NCBI GenBank assembly: GCA_020137815.1
Contig: CM035351.1
Location: 682,001-746,000 of the forward strand
From: Hormiphora californensis
Lineage: Eukaryota > Animalia > Ctenophora
Direction: 5' to 3'
DNA: 64,000 nt
Shown here: piece after piece, positions 42,540 through 57,066 of the stretch
Layout of the letters: the number at the start of each line of letters is the position of its first letter
Position numbering within the stretch: the stretch's first letter is position 1
Notes under the pieces: generated by a model
Seen by the model: the letters and a program-made list of their open reading frames with translations, nothing else
What the model was told of the DNA's origin: nothing
Databases searched by the model: none
Position numbers and translations under genes: made by a program

Positions 42540-45500
42540 AGAAGAATCTAAAACAGGTCCCTGTCCCACTACAGCTCTGCCACGAATTGCTACTGTCTTC
42601 CCCCGTCTTCTAAAACAGGTCCCTGTCCCACTACAGCTCTGCCACGAATTGCTACTGTCTTCCTCCGTCTTCTAAAACAGGTCCCTGTCCCACTACAGCT
42701 CTGCCACGAATTGCTACTGTCTTCCCCCGCCTTCTAAAACAGGTCCCTGTCCCACTACAGCTCTGCCACGAATTGCTACTGTGTTCCTCCGTCTTCTAAA
42801 ACAGGTCCCTGTCCCACTACAGCTCTGCCACGAATTGCTACTGTCTTCCCCCGTCTTCTAAAACAGGTCCCTGTCCCAATACAGCTCTGCCACGAATTGC
42901 TACTGTCTTCCTCCGTCTTCTAAAACAGGTCCCTGTCCCACTACAGCTCTGCCACGAATTGCTACTGTCTTCCCCCGCCTTCTAAAACAGGTCCCTGTCC
43001 CACTACAGCTCTGCCACGAATTGCTACTGTGTTCCTCCGTCTTCTAAAACAGGTCCCTGTCCCAATACAGCTCTGCCACGAATTGCTACTGTCTTCCTCC
43101 GTCTTCTAAAACAGGTCCCTGTCCCACTACAGCTCTGCCACGAATTGCTACTGTCTTCCCCCGCCTTCTAAAACAGGTCCCTGTCCCACTACAGCTCTGC
43201 CACAAATTGCTACTGTGTTCCCCCGCCTTCTAAAACAGATCCCTGTCCCACTATAACAGCTCTGCCACGAATTGCTACTGTCTTCCCCCGCCTTCTAAAA
43301 CAGGTCCCTGTCCCACTACAGCTCTGCCACGAATTGCTACTGTGTTCCCCCGCCTTCTAAAACAGGTCCCTGTCCTAATACAGCTCTTCCACGAATTGCT
43401 ACTGTCTTCCCCCGCCTTCTAAAACAGGTCCCTGTCCCAGTACAGCTCTGCCACGAATTGCTACTGTGATCCTCCGCCTTCTAAAACAGGTCCCTGTCCC
43501 AGTACAGCTCTGCCACGAATTGCTACTGTCTTCCCCCGCCATCTAAAACAGGTCCCTTTCCCACTACAGCTCTGCCACGAATTGCTACTGTCTTCCCCCG
43601 CCTTCTAAAACAGGTCCCTGTCCCACTACAGCTCTGCCACGAATTGCTACTGTCTTCCCCCGTCTTCTAAAACAGGTCCCTGTCCCAATACAGCTCTGCC
43701 ACGAATTGCTACTGTCTTCCCCCGCCTTCTAAAACAGGTCCCTGTCCCAGTACAGCTCTGCCACGAATTGCTACTGTGTTCCCCCGCCTTCTAAAACAGG
43801 TCACTGTCCCAATACAGCTCTGCCTGCCACGAATTGCTACTGTCTTCCCCCGTCTTCTAAAACAGGTCCCTGTCCCACTATAACAGCTCTGCCACGAATT
43901 GCTACTGTCTTCCCCGCCTTCTAAAATAGGTCCCTGTCCCAGTACAGCTCTGCCACGAATTGCTACTGTGATCCTCCGCCTTCTAAAACAGGTCCCTGTC
44001 CCAATACAGCTCTGCCGCGAATTGCTACTGTGTTCACTGTTCCCCCGCCTTCTAAAACAGGTCCCTGTCCCAGTACAGCTCTGCCACGAATTGCTACTGT
44101 CTTCCCCCGCCATCTAAAACAGGGGAAGACAGTAGCAATTCGTGGCAGAGCTGTATTGGGACAGGGACCTGTTTTAGAAGGCGGAGGAACACAGTAGCAA
44201 TTCGTGGCAGAGCTGTATTGGGACAGGGACCTGTTTTAGAAGACGGAGGAACACAGTAGCAATTCGTGGCAGAGCTGTATTGGGACAGGGACCTGTTTTA
44301 GAAGGCGGAGGAACACAGTAGCAATTCGTGGCAGAGCTGTATTGGGACAGGGACCTGTTTTAGAAGACGGAGGAACACAGTAGCAATTCGTGGCAGAGCT
44401 GTATTGGGACAGGGACCTGTTTTAGAAGGCGGGGGAAGACAGTAGCAATTCGTGGCAGAGCTGTATTGGGACAGGGACCTGTTTTAGAAGGCGGGGAAGA
44501 CAGTAGCAATTCGTGGCAGAGCTGTAGTGGGACAGGGACCTGTTTTAAAAGACGGAGGAACACAGTAGCAATTCGTGGCAGAGCTGAATTGGGATAGGGA
44601 CCTGTTTTAGAAGGCGGAGGAACACAGTAGCAATTCGTGGCAGAGCTGTATTGGGACAGGAACCTGTTTTAGAAGGTGGGGGAACACAGTAGCAATTCGT
44701 GGCAGAGCTGTATTGGGACAGGGACCTATTTTAGAAGGCGGGGAACACAGTAGCAATTCGTCGCAGAGCTGTACTGGGACAGGGACCTGTTTTAGAAGGC
44801 GGGGGAACACAGTAGCAATTCGTGGCAGAGCTGTACTGGGACAGGGACCTGTTTTAGAAGGCGGGGGAACACAGTAGCAATTCGTGGCAGGCAGAGCTGT
44901 ATTGGGACAGGGACCTGTTTTAGAAGACGGAGGAACACAGTAGCACTTCGCGGCAGAGCTGTATTGGGACATGTGGCAGGGTGAGGCTGTATGTCGTATC
45001 TGTAACGCGCTTTTGACCTAAAATTGGGTCGGAAGTTGTGCGGCTCGCGATGGTAGCACTTGCTAAATGCGCGGATTTTCTGTATTTTTGGCTTATAATA
45101 CGTATTTAATACGTATTAAATACATATTTGCGCGTGTATTTAATACGTATTGTTGGAAATAATACGTATTATATTCTGACTAGGGTAATGCTGCACATGA
45201 GTGCTCCCTTATAACTATACTATTAGTGTGCGTATCCCATTAGTAAGCCCCCCTCACATTATAAGGACTCCTTGAATGAGCCGTGCACACACGTCTCTTG
45301 TTGAAAGATCGTTGTAAAACGGTGAAGGAACGACAACAATTTAATTAAATTTTATCAAAAATGTGGCGATCTCGAATAGTAGTATCATTATGGTAGATTA
45401 TATACCTCGCTCTAGCTTATTATAGCTCTCTCACTTTGTGATCTCGATCCCTCTATATTCCTACTTTCCCTCTTGTATAGTGATATTTCAGGCGCCATTC

Positions 45501-47531
45501 TTTATAATACATGTAATATGCATCACAAAATTTCTTGCAGCACTAGAGAGTATACCGTATAGGACATGCAGTTGCCAGTTATGGTTGTGATATCTTGGTG
45601 GAAGTACCATGGAACCAATATAGTTATACCGTAGGTCATGTTATGCACTTATGAATTGTTCGGTTCTAGCCCTCCTTTAATTTATGTTTGCATGGCGCAG
45701 AGAGATAGAGAGGGTCGAACAAGGCAAACATGGTTATACCTATAGGTCATGATATAAGTCTGATCTAAGAACTTGTGAAGATAAATTTTGATAAATTATC
45801 AGATTATCTGATAAGAGCCTCTTGGCTATAAAGAAAATTAGCTATGAGGAACCTCGGATATGTTTAGGTCTGCTCTACGGGACCTGTTTCGACCAATCAC
45901 AGCTCAGAACAGCTCTTATGACACACGGGTCACGGGTATGCACTGGAGCTGTTCTGTGCTATGATTGGTTGAAACAGGTCACGCTGTGTGTTGATCTGAA
46001 CATTCCCGAGGTTCCACATTAACACCATGGAACCCCCCTCTGGCCTATGATAATGGAGCTTACTGTATGTTTGCTGGTGTGTTTGTGAGATTGAAGGTTG
46101 TTCCTCCATTCATCATCAGACACTGACGAGTCATCTGTGTAGTTGTAGGTGGTCCGAGATTTGCGGTATGGTGACGTCACCTGGTCTTGGTCTCTGATCT
46201 GCGTGGTGTGAGGGGGGGGGGGGGTTAGTATAGAGTAGTACTAGTAATACGTGGTGTAATGACATCACTTGATCTTGGTCTCTGATCTGCGTGGTGTGGT
46301 GTGGGGGGTTAGTACTAGTAGTGTAGTACGTGGTGTGGTGGTGTGATGATTATAATTTGTTCACCACTGGTGAACAAATCATAATTATTATTATGTTCTT
46401 GCTCGCTATATATGTGGTCTAGTTGGCATTGCGCAATACGTGTAATAGTACTGTGTGTTAGTACTCTGTTGACTACTACCAGTAGTCCAATATTGTAGGC
46501 TCCTTATTGAGTGAACCCAATTTACCCGTCATGGGTTGTTGAGTAACTGCTCTCAGATAACTCATTAATTAGTGGGTATCCATGTCGCCTTCATGCACTT
46601 GGCCTCATTATTTCCTAGTTCGAAATAGTCGAAAATCAAACTGCACAGTTTCGTGTTTTCATTAGTCATTACAACTAAAACTCCACCTAAAGTCTAAACC
46701 CTAATGTAACCTACCCTATTTCTGTCTTGTTCCTGATAATTGAGATATTTGGGTCGTTCCATGCTCCGACTAGCTTGGTCCTCCTCTCTCATCGCCAACA
46801 CACTACTGTCGAACTGACTTCTCCTCCGGGTAGCAGGGATATACTCTTCCGCTGCAGTAGGAGAGGAGGAGGGGGTTAATAGAGAGAGAGGGAGAGTAGC
46901 CGGGATATACTCTTCCGCTGCAGTAGGAGAGGAGGGGGTTAGAAGATAGAGAGATCGGGGTTATGTAGCCGGGATATACTCTTCCGCTGGACAAGATAGA
47001 GGGGGTTAGAGACAGGAGATAGGAGATAGGATCAGATAGGAGAGGAGAGGGTTATGTGGTAAAGAGAGGGAATTGTATCGATCCTATTGAGATATGGGAT
47101 TTTGGGATATATGGGAAACTCTAATTGAGAGTTCACAATATTCGTTTAGTAAACTCTAATTTATTTTTAACGTTTACACAGTAGCACTCAGCGTTGTATT
47201 GTTCATACTATTATTTTTTATAGGGGGGTGCAACAGCACAAACTCAGCGAGCTCTTTGTTGTGCTGGAGGTCGAGTAAGGTAGGAGACTATAAACAAGTC
47301 AAAAGGCCAATGTGATGCCATTGTTAATGATAAATAATATTCATAGACAGGAATAGTTTTTTGATTCACTCTATTATTTCTCTCTCTATTATTTCTCTCT
47401 CACTAATCTCTCTCACTATCCTCTCGCTCTCTAAGGGGGGGGACGACCTCATTGTATAACGTACTACTGGGCACGTTGCTTGGAGTGCGAATCAATGTGT
47501 GATTGCATTACTTTGTAGGTCAAACCTCCGT

Positions 47532-47621
<90 letters not shown>

Positions 47622-50600
47622 CTCCCTCTTCCCTCCCTGCTGGTCTATTTTACCCTGACAATATCTTTCTCTCCGTCTTGTTTACAATTGCACGGTTTAC
47701 TTGCACACCGCACGACTAGTCGCGACTTGATTAGAAGAATGGAGATTCATTACCCGTACTCATAGCCATTATTTCTCTCTATTCTCTCTCCTTCCCTCCT
47801 TATCTTCCCCTCGCTTCTCTCTCTCTCTCTCTCTCTTTCTCAAATAATTTTTCTTAAAAAAGCTTTGCCCGGTAGCAAATTCGTTTGAGAAAAATCCTGA
47901 AATAATTTCCCGTTACTTTCTGGGAGCCAAACTTCTAAATTATCTTATTTCATCAAAATAGGCCGTTTTTTTTGGCCCTTTGCTGCCTCTCCAAAACACA
48001 GTAAAAATGTGATTTTAAAAAAAAACACAGTTTATGATAGTAGATTGTTGAAACCCAAGAATTTAGGGGTTAGGGAGAGAGAGCGGAGGGGGACAAAAAA
48101 TTAAAAAAAATTAGAATGAGAGAGGAAAAATAGAATGGGGGAAAGGAGAAAAAAAATAATAGAAAAGAGCAAATTAAAAAAAAAATGATAAGAAAAGGGG
48201 GGATAAGGGGGGCTAGCAAGAGAGAAAAGGGAGGGGCGAAAGGGAGAAAATCGGGGGAAAGAGGGGGGGGGGATAGAGGGGAAGGGGGGGGGCCGAGAGG
48301 GGGGGGAGAGGGGGAGAGAGAAGGGGGGGGGAGCGGGGGGGGCAAGGGGGGGGGGGGGGGGAGGGGGGGGGGGGAAGGAACCCCGGGCCCGGGAAAAGGG
48401 GGAAAAGAGAGAGAGAGAGAGAGCGGAAAATTGCCCGAGAAAGTTAAAAAGGGCCCAATCCTTACTGTTTATTTTTCTTCATTTATTGTCTTTAAAAATT
48501 CCCCCCGTTGCAGTGAGAAAGGCAAAAGGGGAAATTGGGGGAGAGATAAAAACGTCAGGGATGTATATTTTACTTTAGGGGGGGGGTACGAAAAGCCCGG
48601 GAAAATGTTTTGCATCATCGGATTTAAAATTTCATCCTGTTTAAATCGATATTTTATATATCTCTTGGAGCTAATACAGCTGGAGTGCTGCATTGTCGAA
48701 GGTATAGGGAGTAGGTAGTAGTCATAGTATCCTTAGGGGGAACCCACCCCCAGTGGGTTAATCCCCTTCCAAATTTTCTTTTTTTTTAAAAATTATCTAG
48801 CGGAACATGAAACCGCGAACGAGCCGGAAGCATTTTTTTCGCACAATTAATTGAAGTGTCGTAATAAATCGATCGATTAACATGATTAATTCTCACGGGA
48901 AATATCATTAACGATACTTAATTACTGGAAAGGGGCTCATTAGTAGGCCCCAAAAATTAACAGGTTTTTTAAAAAAGTTGATTTGTGTCCTTTTAATCCT
49001 TTAAAATTAAAGTAAAAAGTGGCGCCCGTGTTTTTTTCACAAAACTTGTGGAAAATTTAACGGGGGGGTACCACCCGGGCCATTTGGGACGGTATCGAAA
49101 ATTTTTCCCAATTTTTTGTCCGGCATTAGTTTGGGCGTAATAGTTCATTTTCAAACTTTCATAAAAATTTTCCCCTACAGAAAAATCTGTACATTGTGGA
49201 TTTAAAGGGTCTTTCATCGGGTTCACGTCAAAAAATAGCCGGGGTCCCCAAAATTTTTTGGGGTTTTAACCCTTTTCGTGACGCGAGATTGGGAAAAAAA
49301 TTAATTTTAAAAAACGGCCCAAAAAGGGTGAGAGAGAGTTTTTTTCTTTGGGGGTTTCTAGTTGGGTTTTTGCGCGCCCCCACTTGGGAAAAAACTCTCT
49401 TTCTCTCACTTTGGGGTTTTTTTGGGATTTGTCGATACTCCCCGTCACAGTTTTGTTTTTGATTTGAAAAGATTTATATAAACGTACAAATTTCACATTA
49501 AATAAATACCCCCACGATCTTACTAATAGTTTAGAGCTAGGCGCGAGTGCTTTCGTCTTAAAAACCTCATTTTTAAAAAATTTAAAAAAGTAGTATAAGG
49601 CAAAACACATCTTTATATTGTAAGTTAAATTATTCATCATTTAAAAATAACAATTATACTTAAAACTTACCCTTGATCCCAATCCCCACCTCCCTCCCCA
49701 TGAAACCTACCCCCAATTTAAAGTCATGTCGACTGTTGGGTAGATTTTAAAAAATCGTTATAATTCACATCGTGGTGCGGGGCACCATCTTGTTTAAACT
49801 GTTCAACACCACCCCAAACCTTCAATTGGGACAATGTAATATGGCGGAAAAAAGGACAGGTAGAGACACCAAAATTTGGTACCCCGGCTATTTTTTGACG
49901 CTGAACACGATGCAAGCATCCATTTCAATCCACAATGTACAGATTTTTCTGTAGAGCAATTTTATAAAAGTAGAAATAATGAACATATTACGTAATAACT
50001 AATGAACGCGACAGAATTGGAAATTTTCGATACCTTACCAATGGTCCTGGTGGTACTCCCCGTTCATCCACTAAGTTTTGTGAGAAAACACGGCGCGCCA
50101 CTCTTACTTTAAGGGATTTCCTCTCTCAATAGTACAAGCCCTGAATTTCATGGGGTGGGTAAGTGGCTGTCTGGCGGCGCCGACCCGATCTGAGCCCACT
50201 CAGGTAGACAGGTGGTACAAGAGTTGAAATTGTAGTGGGTGGTCCGATGGCATGGTATTTAGAACTTAAATGGGTAGTTCTAAGAACCACCAACATTATA
50301 AAATGTATAGCGGCTCGTTAGAAGATACTGATCAATTCCGAGAATTTAGCCAATTTCCCCAACTCTTTATCATGTTCACTCAGTCTCAGACCCCGATTTA
50401 CTGGGATGCTTGGAGGTTTTGCTCGGGATGCTAAGTGCTTTGTCTGGTTACGGGGGGGGGGGGGGGGGGTTGCCGGATATCGGGGCTTTTGCCGGTATAT
50501 GGGGGGGGGGGGTCCTATCACTGTAGTTTTACCTTTTTAAAGGGTTTCTACCCCGGGTGGCTCTGGTTGATTTGCCTTCAATAGCCCAATTTCTCCCTTT

Positions 50601-53254
50601 CCTTTTATGTTATGGTTGGAGGAAGAGGAAGAGGATGAGGAAGAGGAGGATGAGGATGATGTTTTCTGTTCCCCGTTCTTCTCACACCTAACCCTGGGGG
50701 GATTTTTTGAGGTGGGAGGGGAAGATAGAAAGAGAGAAGGGGGGTTTGAAGTACATGTGGATATGGAAGTGAGTATGATATGGGTCGCAAAGGCAGGGGG
50801 AAGGGAGAGAGATAGGGGAGAGAAAAAGGGGTTATAGCGAGAAAGGGAGAGAGAAAAAGGCTGCGGAAAGGGGGAGAAAAAAAAGGGAGAAAGTAGAAAA
50901 AGAGAAAAAGGGTAGAGATATTAAAACCTCTTTCCCCTTTTCTTTTTCCCCCCTTGATAAGTCAAACTGTACCTGCGGGGGAGATTGAAAAAAAACAGGG
51001 CCCTGCCCCCGGGAAAGAATTTGACAAATAAATTAAAGTGGGGTGGGGGGGGGGAAAAAAAGCGGGGGGAAAAAAAGCGAGGAAAAAGAAGGGGAGAGGG
51101 GGAAAAGGGATTAGGGGCCAAAAGGGCTTCCATAAAAATCATTTTTAAATTGTTGGTGCCGGGGGGGAATTGGCTTTTGAAAGTTAAGGGGGGGGCCCCG
51201 AGTTTAAATTTTTTTTAGCTTTTTTTTCCAGCAAACCCAAACACAAACTTCATCCGGGCTTCTTCAAACTTGGGGATTTCCCAACCCCTTTTTTTCCTTA
51301 GTTTAACACTATTGTATCCCTTCTTTTTTTACCCTTCTCTCTTTCACCCTGTCTTTTCATTCACATATTCGTTGTTATTTTTTCTTTTTGACGTTAATTT
51401 TTAACCCAAACCCCCAGTTTTACTTCCGCAAAATTTAAAGTTTGAAATTTCTAGACCTTTGGGTTGCTTTTTTGTCTAGTGCATTTTTTCCCTTTTTCCT
51501 AACCTCTACCCCTCCTTTTTTTTGTTTTAAACACATGGGGAGGTTTAGGCAAAAATCCTCTTTCCCTCCCTTCCCCTTTTTTTCCCCACCCCCCCTCTCC
51601 CCCATTCCCCCCCCCTGCCCCTCTATAGTAAACCCCCTATTTTCTACAGTTTACAGGGAACCCCCCCACCCCCTACTTCCCCCCCCAAAAGCTTTTTTTG
51701 CTACCCTAAAAACACCTCTTTTCCCTCTCCCCCATTTACAAAACCCCCCTGTCCCCCCCCATTAACCTTCAGATTTCCCAAATTAAAGTCCCCTTTTTTT
51801 TCCCCCCCTTTTAAAATTTCCCAAAAGCTTAAAAATTCCTGACTTTTACATCAAGCCTTGTGGTACACGGTATTAGAACCACTGCTTCTTTAAAGATGCC
51901 GACAATTTTGGGAAAATTTATCCCCATGCAAACCATTTTTGGTTCCCACATTTTTCTAAAGTTTTTAAAAAAAAAACCCCCGCATAACCGATCTATTGGT
52001 CGAATGGGGAAAATCACACCTTTTGCCATTTTTACGGAAAAAATTTTCAAACTTACCCCTTCTTAGCCTCTTTGTATTGTTTATCAGCGATGTATCTTTT
52101 TGTATCTTCCTGCCATAGTCCCCTTTTCCCTTCTTTTTGTCTTCTTCTTAAACCCCAAAACTTAACCAATAGTTCAATTTTGGTTGAATTTTCTGTATTT
52201 TTTGGGAAATCGGTACCATTCACATGTCTTTTGTTATTTTGTCATGAGCAAATATAAGGGGTAGGGGTGGGAATTATGTTAGAAGGGGGTTTAGGGGGAA
52301 AGGGGGGTTGGTTGTTAGGGTAATTATAGGGCCTTATTGATCTGGCTTCAGGTATAGGGCTATGTAAGAGGAATACCGTGTGAGGGGAAGTGGAGGACAT
52401 GTTCAATAGGATGATACGGTAGGGATTTAAGATTATTATAAATAACCTTTATAAACCCGTCCAGGTAACTTATTTTTCCCCAAAGCCCTAGCTATTTTAT
52501 GATGGGGGGGAAAATGGAGAATAAAGGGGGGCGAGCCGAAGAGACAGTAGAAGACGAGACTGAAGGGGAGAAGGGGGGGATAGGAAAGAGAGATGGGGAA
52601 AGAAGAGGGAATGGAAAAAAGAAACGAAGAGGGAAAGAGAGAGACGATAATTATTGAAGGGTTAGATTAGAAGTTGATGAGCCAGGGATGTGTTTGTATA
52701 TTAATACTGCACTTATTAATTTACTTCTCTCACCATATGAGGTATGAGTGCTTGATCAAGCTTGTTTAATTTATTAGCGGCAGTCAATGAAATCACAAGT
52801 AAAAGGTTTTTGTGGTGAAAAGGGGAGAGAAAGGGGAAAAGAGAAGAGGGGAGAGGCAGAGCAATGGCCCGGCTATTTTTTATTTTTTCATGGCCCCCTA
52901 GTACGACCTGCATTTTTTCTCTTCTTACAAAATATAGTTAAATTTCTCTATGATTTTTTTTTAAAGATTGACTTTTCCTGATAGGAAAAATGCTAATGAA
53001 AAGAACTTTTCACTGATTTAGTTCTCTGATTTATCATCATTTATTTGTGGGAAGGGAAGGATGTGTGGGGTCAGGGCGGGGGAGGTCAGAAACCCTTGAG
53101 GTTTAATTAATTTTTAAATTTAATTTAAGGTATTAATTAGGTAAAAAAAAACCGTATAGAAATAACAAACCCTCAAAACAGCTCCACTCATTTCGTTTTA
53201 CTTAGTAATCTCGATCCTGCCCCAATCTCATCTACCCCTCACTCTCTCACTCTC

Positions 53255-53288
<34 letters not shown>

Positions 53289-54620
53289 CCTCCGCTCCTT
53301 CCCTCCCTGGGCTCTCTCCCTCTCAATATTTTCTCTTTCTCTCCCTCTCTTTTCTTTCTCCTCTCTCCTTCCTCCTCTCTCCTCTATCTCTTCTCTTTTC
53401 TCTCTTCTGATTTTTCTCGGGGGGGCCAAAAGTTTTCTCTACTGTCGCTCGAATCAAATTCACTGACCAATATTGAGTGGGAGAGGGAGAGACATCAGAG
53501 AGAGAAAGAGAGTGTGTGAGAGAGAGAGAGAGAGAAAGAGAGTGTGTGTGAGAGAGGGAGGGGAAAATTTCTTTTTGAAACATCGGCTATAGTTTATTAT
53601 ACTAGAAACTATTTATACCAATTTTAGTCCTAAGATTTTGACGGCATAACTGTTAGACCATATCAGACGACCTTTTAAATTCTTTTAGACCATCAGGCGA
53701 CCTTTTAAAATTTTGTACTAAAGCGTTATCCACTTGTGGTTTTTTTATTTTCCTCGTTTATATTGCTTTTTTAATACTTTTTCCCCTACACCCTCCCTCT
53801 TCCTCCCTTCTCCCTCTTTATTCCCCTCTCTCTCCCTTCCCAATCCTGTCTGTTTTAATTATCTGTAAAAACATTTCCCCTCCATACCAAATTGTTAGTA
53901 GTATCACAAATACCACACGCATAACAAAAGCTGATTTTACATCTATGAGCAAAGTTAACCACTGACCGGGATGCCCTTGATGCAGTTTTAATAATGGCCT
54001 CTGCTGCCGTCTCCCCTCCTTCATTTCCCCACCTTGTCCTCCTCCTTCTCGCCCTCCTGATCTCCTCCCCCTTCCAGGTCTCCTCGTCCTTGTCCGCCTG
54101 AGGGGTGTATCTTGGGGGCGGGGGGCTCTGACGTCAAAACCTCTCCCCTCATCAAACCTAAATCCTTTTTTTAGCTCGCTTTGCAAGGGTTCTGTTTTGG
54201 TAGTTAGCCCGCTCACTCTCCAGATACTGCCAATTATCGTCCCGGGGTTGTTCTGGTTTTAGCATGGTATTACCTACCACCATGGTGCCACCCCTCATAG
54301 TTCCACCATTGTTCACATTAACATACCGACCTGCCTGGGTCTCTTGGCCGGGTGTTATCCACCCTGATTACCCCACCCTGGGCACTACTTTTAGCAGTTC
54401 CACCCTTCCAGGTGCTGCCCTTCCAGGTGCTACCCTTCCCCATCTTCTTCTTCTTTCCACTGCTACTGCTGCTACTGCTACTGCTTGTAAAGGTTGTTGG
54501 GTAATGGGGGACACTTCCTCTGTTAGTCCAATAGTCTATATCAACAGGGTCGTATGACTGGCTATGAACCTGGGGTCCTTTATCTTTGGTAGGTAGAACG
54601 TCGAACTGGGTCGTGTTCTT
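40832..54620 (-). CDS. Fragments of a large multi-exon gene for an unidentified Ser/Arg-rich low-complexity protein; structure incomplete
   Basis: Splice-flanked open segments at ~54620-53965 (with indels), ~50690-50552 (poly-Ser), ~46852-46716 (EEYIPATRRRSQFDSS...), ~46198-46064 (IRDQDQVTSPYRKSR...), ~41409-41260 and terminal ~41083-40832 (TDKDNSSRFGAP...GRRKD*). No recognisable domain. Confidence 0.45.
42270..45185. mobile_element. Non-autonomous DNA transposon (~125-bp TIR, CCC...GGG termini, TA flanks; possibly CMC/EnSpm-like) filled with a satellite
   Basis: ccctagtcagaatataatacgtatt...gcgcatttagca is mirrored at ~45061-45185. Confidence 0.85.
42547..44970. repeat. 62-bp tandem array: ~25 copies forward, then ~14 copies inverted
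   Basis: Unit tctaaaacaggtccctgtcccactacagctctgccacgaattgctactgtcttcccccgtct. Orientation switches at ~44122. Confidence 0.96.
45881..45980. mobile_element. 100-bp inverted-repeat mini-element
   Basis: gacctgtttcgaccaatcacagctcagaacagctc ... gagctgttctgtgctatgattggttgaaacaggtc. Confidence 0.65.
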
Positions 54621-57066
54621 TAAGGCCCATTTTTTCCCCTCTCCTACCCCGAAACCCCTTCTTTTTTAGTTTCTTTTTTTCTTTTCTTTTTCCCAACTCC
54701 CCTTGAGCCCGTTTGGAATTTTCCCCCGAAACGCCCCTTTAAACCCTTCTTTTCCTGCGGGGGGGGGGGTGGGGGAGGGGTGGGGGCTCCTCTTTTTAAA
54801 AAAAATATCCACTAAAACCCCCAAAAAAATTTTCCTCTTAAACCCAAAACATGTACCATCACACTTCGGGGGGATAAAAACAATTTTGCCCGTGTTGGGG
54901 TGCACCTTAACGATACACCTCGGGGGTGGCAGAAAAAAGTTTTTGAAAAGGGGGTTGAAAGAGAGAAGGGGGTTAGAAAAAGGGGGGCAGGGGGAAGGGG
55001 GGAAACAGAAAAGAGGGGGGGATAGGGGAAGAGGGATAGAGGAAGGGGGGAAGAGAGGGAAAAAAAAAGGGGGTAAAGAGGTTAAAAAAGGGGTGTGGGG
55101 GGGACGGGAGGGGGGGTTTACAAAAAGGGGAAGAGAAGAGAGAATAAAGAGCTTGTTCATAGTAGAACATGTTTAGGAGAAGGGTTTGGGAAATAAATGG
55201 AAAAAAGGCTGGAATTTTAAAATGTGGCGGGGCCTTTTAGGGGGTTTGGGAAATGAAGGGTTGTTGGGGAAAAATTTTTTGGGTTTCTGTCCCGGGTTGA
55301 GTAAAATTCCTAATTAATGGTTATTAATTAAATCTTCCGTTCCATTCAAAAATTTTTTGAAAATTTGAAAAACCCCTTGGTTTCCGTTGGCGTTTAAAAA
55401 ATTATTTTTAGGAAAAATAAACTGAAGGAGAGATTGGGGAGGTTGAAATCAAAAAAAAGTAAAGAGAGATGCAGACAGTCGACAAAAAAAGATTTGGAAA
55501 AAAAGGGGGAAAGGGAAAAAGAGAGAGAGAGGGGAAAAAAAATTTTTTGGGGGGTTTTTTTTTTTTTTTAGGGGCCCCCTGGGGCGTTTTTGGGGGGGGT
55601 TTAGTGTTTCCCGGGGGGGGCCCCCCCCCCCCCCTTTTTTTTTTTCTCTCCCCCCCCTTTTTTTTTTTTTTTCCTTTTTTCCCTTTTTCCCCCCCCTCTC
55701 CCCCCCTCCCCCCCCCTTTTTTCCCCCCCCTTTTTTTCCCCCCTTTTTTTTTTTTTTTCCCCCCCCTTTTTTTTTTCCCCCCCCCCCCCCCCCTCCCCCC
55801 TTTCTTTTTTCCCCCCCCCCCTTTTTTTTTTTCTTCCCCCCCCCCCCTTTTTTTTTTTTTTTTTCCCCCCCCTTTTTTTCCCCCTTCCCCCCCCCCTTTT
55901 TTTTTTCCCGGGTTTTGGGGGGGCCCCCATTTGGGCCCCCCCCTTTTTTTGGAAATAAACCCCCAAAATTTTGGGGGGGGGGAAAAGGAACCCCCAAAAA
56001 AAATTTTTTTTCCCCTTTTTTTGTTTTGCAAATTTTTTAAAAAAAATTTTTCCCCTTTTTTGGGGCCCCCCCGCCGAAAAAACGGGGTTTTTTTTTTTTT
56101 CTTTTTTTTTTAAAAAATTTAAATTTTTTGGGGATTTTCCCCCGGGTTCCTTTTTTTTTTTCCAAAAACCTTTTGGGGTTTTCAAAAACCCCCTTTTTTT
56201 TTTTTTTTCCCCCCCCGGGGGGGGGGCCCCAAAAAAAAAAAAAAAGGGGGGGAAGGGGGAGAAAGGGGGGGGAAAAAGGGGGGAAAAAAAAAGGGGGGGG
56301 GGGGGGGGAAAAAGGAAAAAAAAAAAAAAGGGGGGGGGGGAAGGGGAAAAAAAAAAAAAAGAAAGAGAAAAAAGAAAAAAGAAAGAAGAAAAACCCGAAA
56401 AAGAGGGGAAAAAAAAAAAAAGGAAAAAAAAGAGGGTTTTGGGGGGGGGAAGAGAAAAAAACCAAAACCGGAAAAAAAAAACCCCCAAAAATTTTAAAAA
56501 AATTTTGGGGGAAAAAAACCGGGGGAAAAAAAAAAGGGCCCCGAAACAAACCCCCCCAAAAAAGGGGGGAAAAAAAAAAGGGGGAAAAAAAAAAAAAAAA
56601 AAGGGAAAAAAACCCCAAAGGGGGAAAAAAAAAAAAAGGGGGGGGGAAAAAAAAAAGAAAAATACCCAAAAAACCGGGGGAAAAAAAAAATTTAAAAAAA
56701 AAAATTTTTTTTGTTTCCAAAAAAAATTTAACCCCCCCCCCAAAAAAAATTTTTAAACCCCCAAAAAAAAACCCCCCCCCCCCTTAAAATTTTTTAATTT
56801 AAAATTTCTTTGACACTTTCGTCTGTATAAACCTATCTAGACTGACCCTTCCTTTTGATTTTTTCAATTTTATCAATTTATGGGCATAAAAATTCTGCAC
56901 GATCTGCACTGCATGGTCAGCTTGTCACTCCTTTTCCTTTGTAAAAGAGCAGCAGGGGAAGTGGTTCCATAGTCAACACGGCCCAAAGGAAGAGAGGGAG
57001 GGAGAGAGGGAGAGGGAGGAGAGAGGGAGAGAGAGAGGAAGAGAGAGAGGGGGAGGGATCAGGGAG

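Noticed and set aside
42547-44970. Possible CRISPR array
   Set aside because: Units are contiguous and near-identical with no unique spacers, there are no cas genes, and the context is eukaryotic.
54620-56810. Long ORFs up to 380 aa
   Set aside because: Same homopolymer-rich unreliable sequence. Much of 47.8-56.8 kb and 62.6-64 kb is affected.
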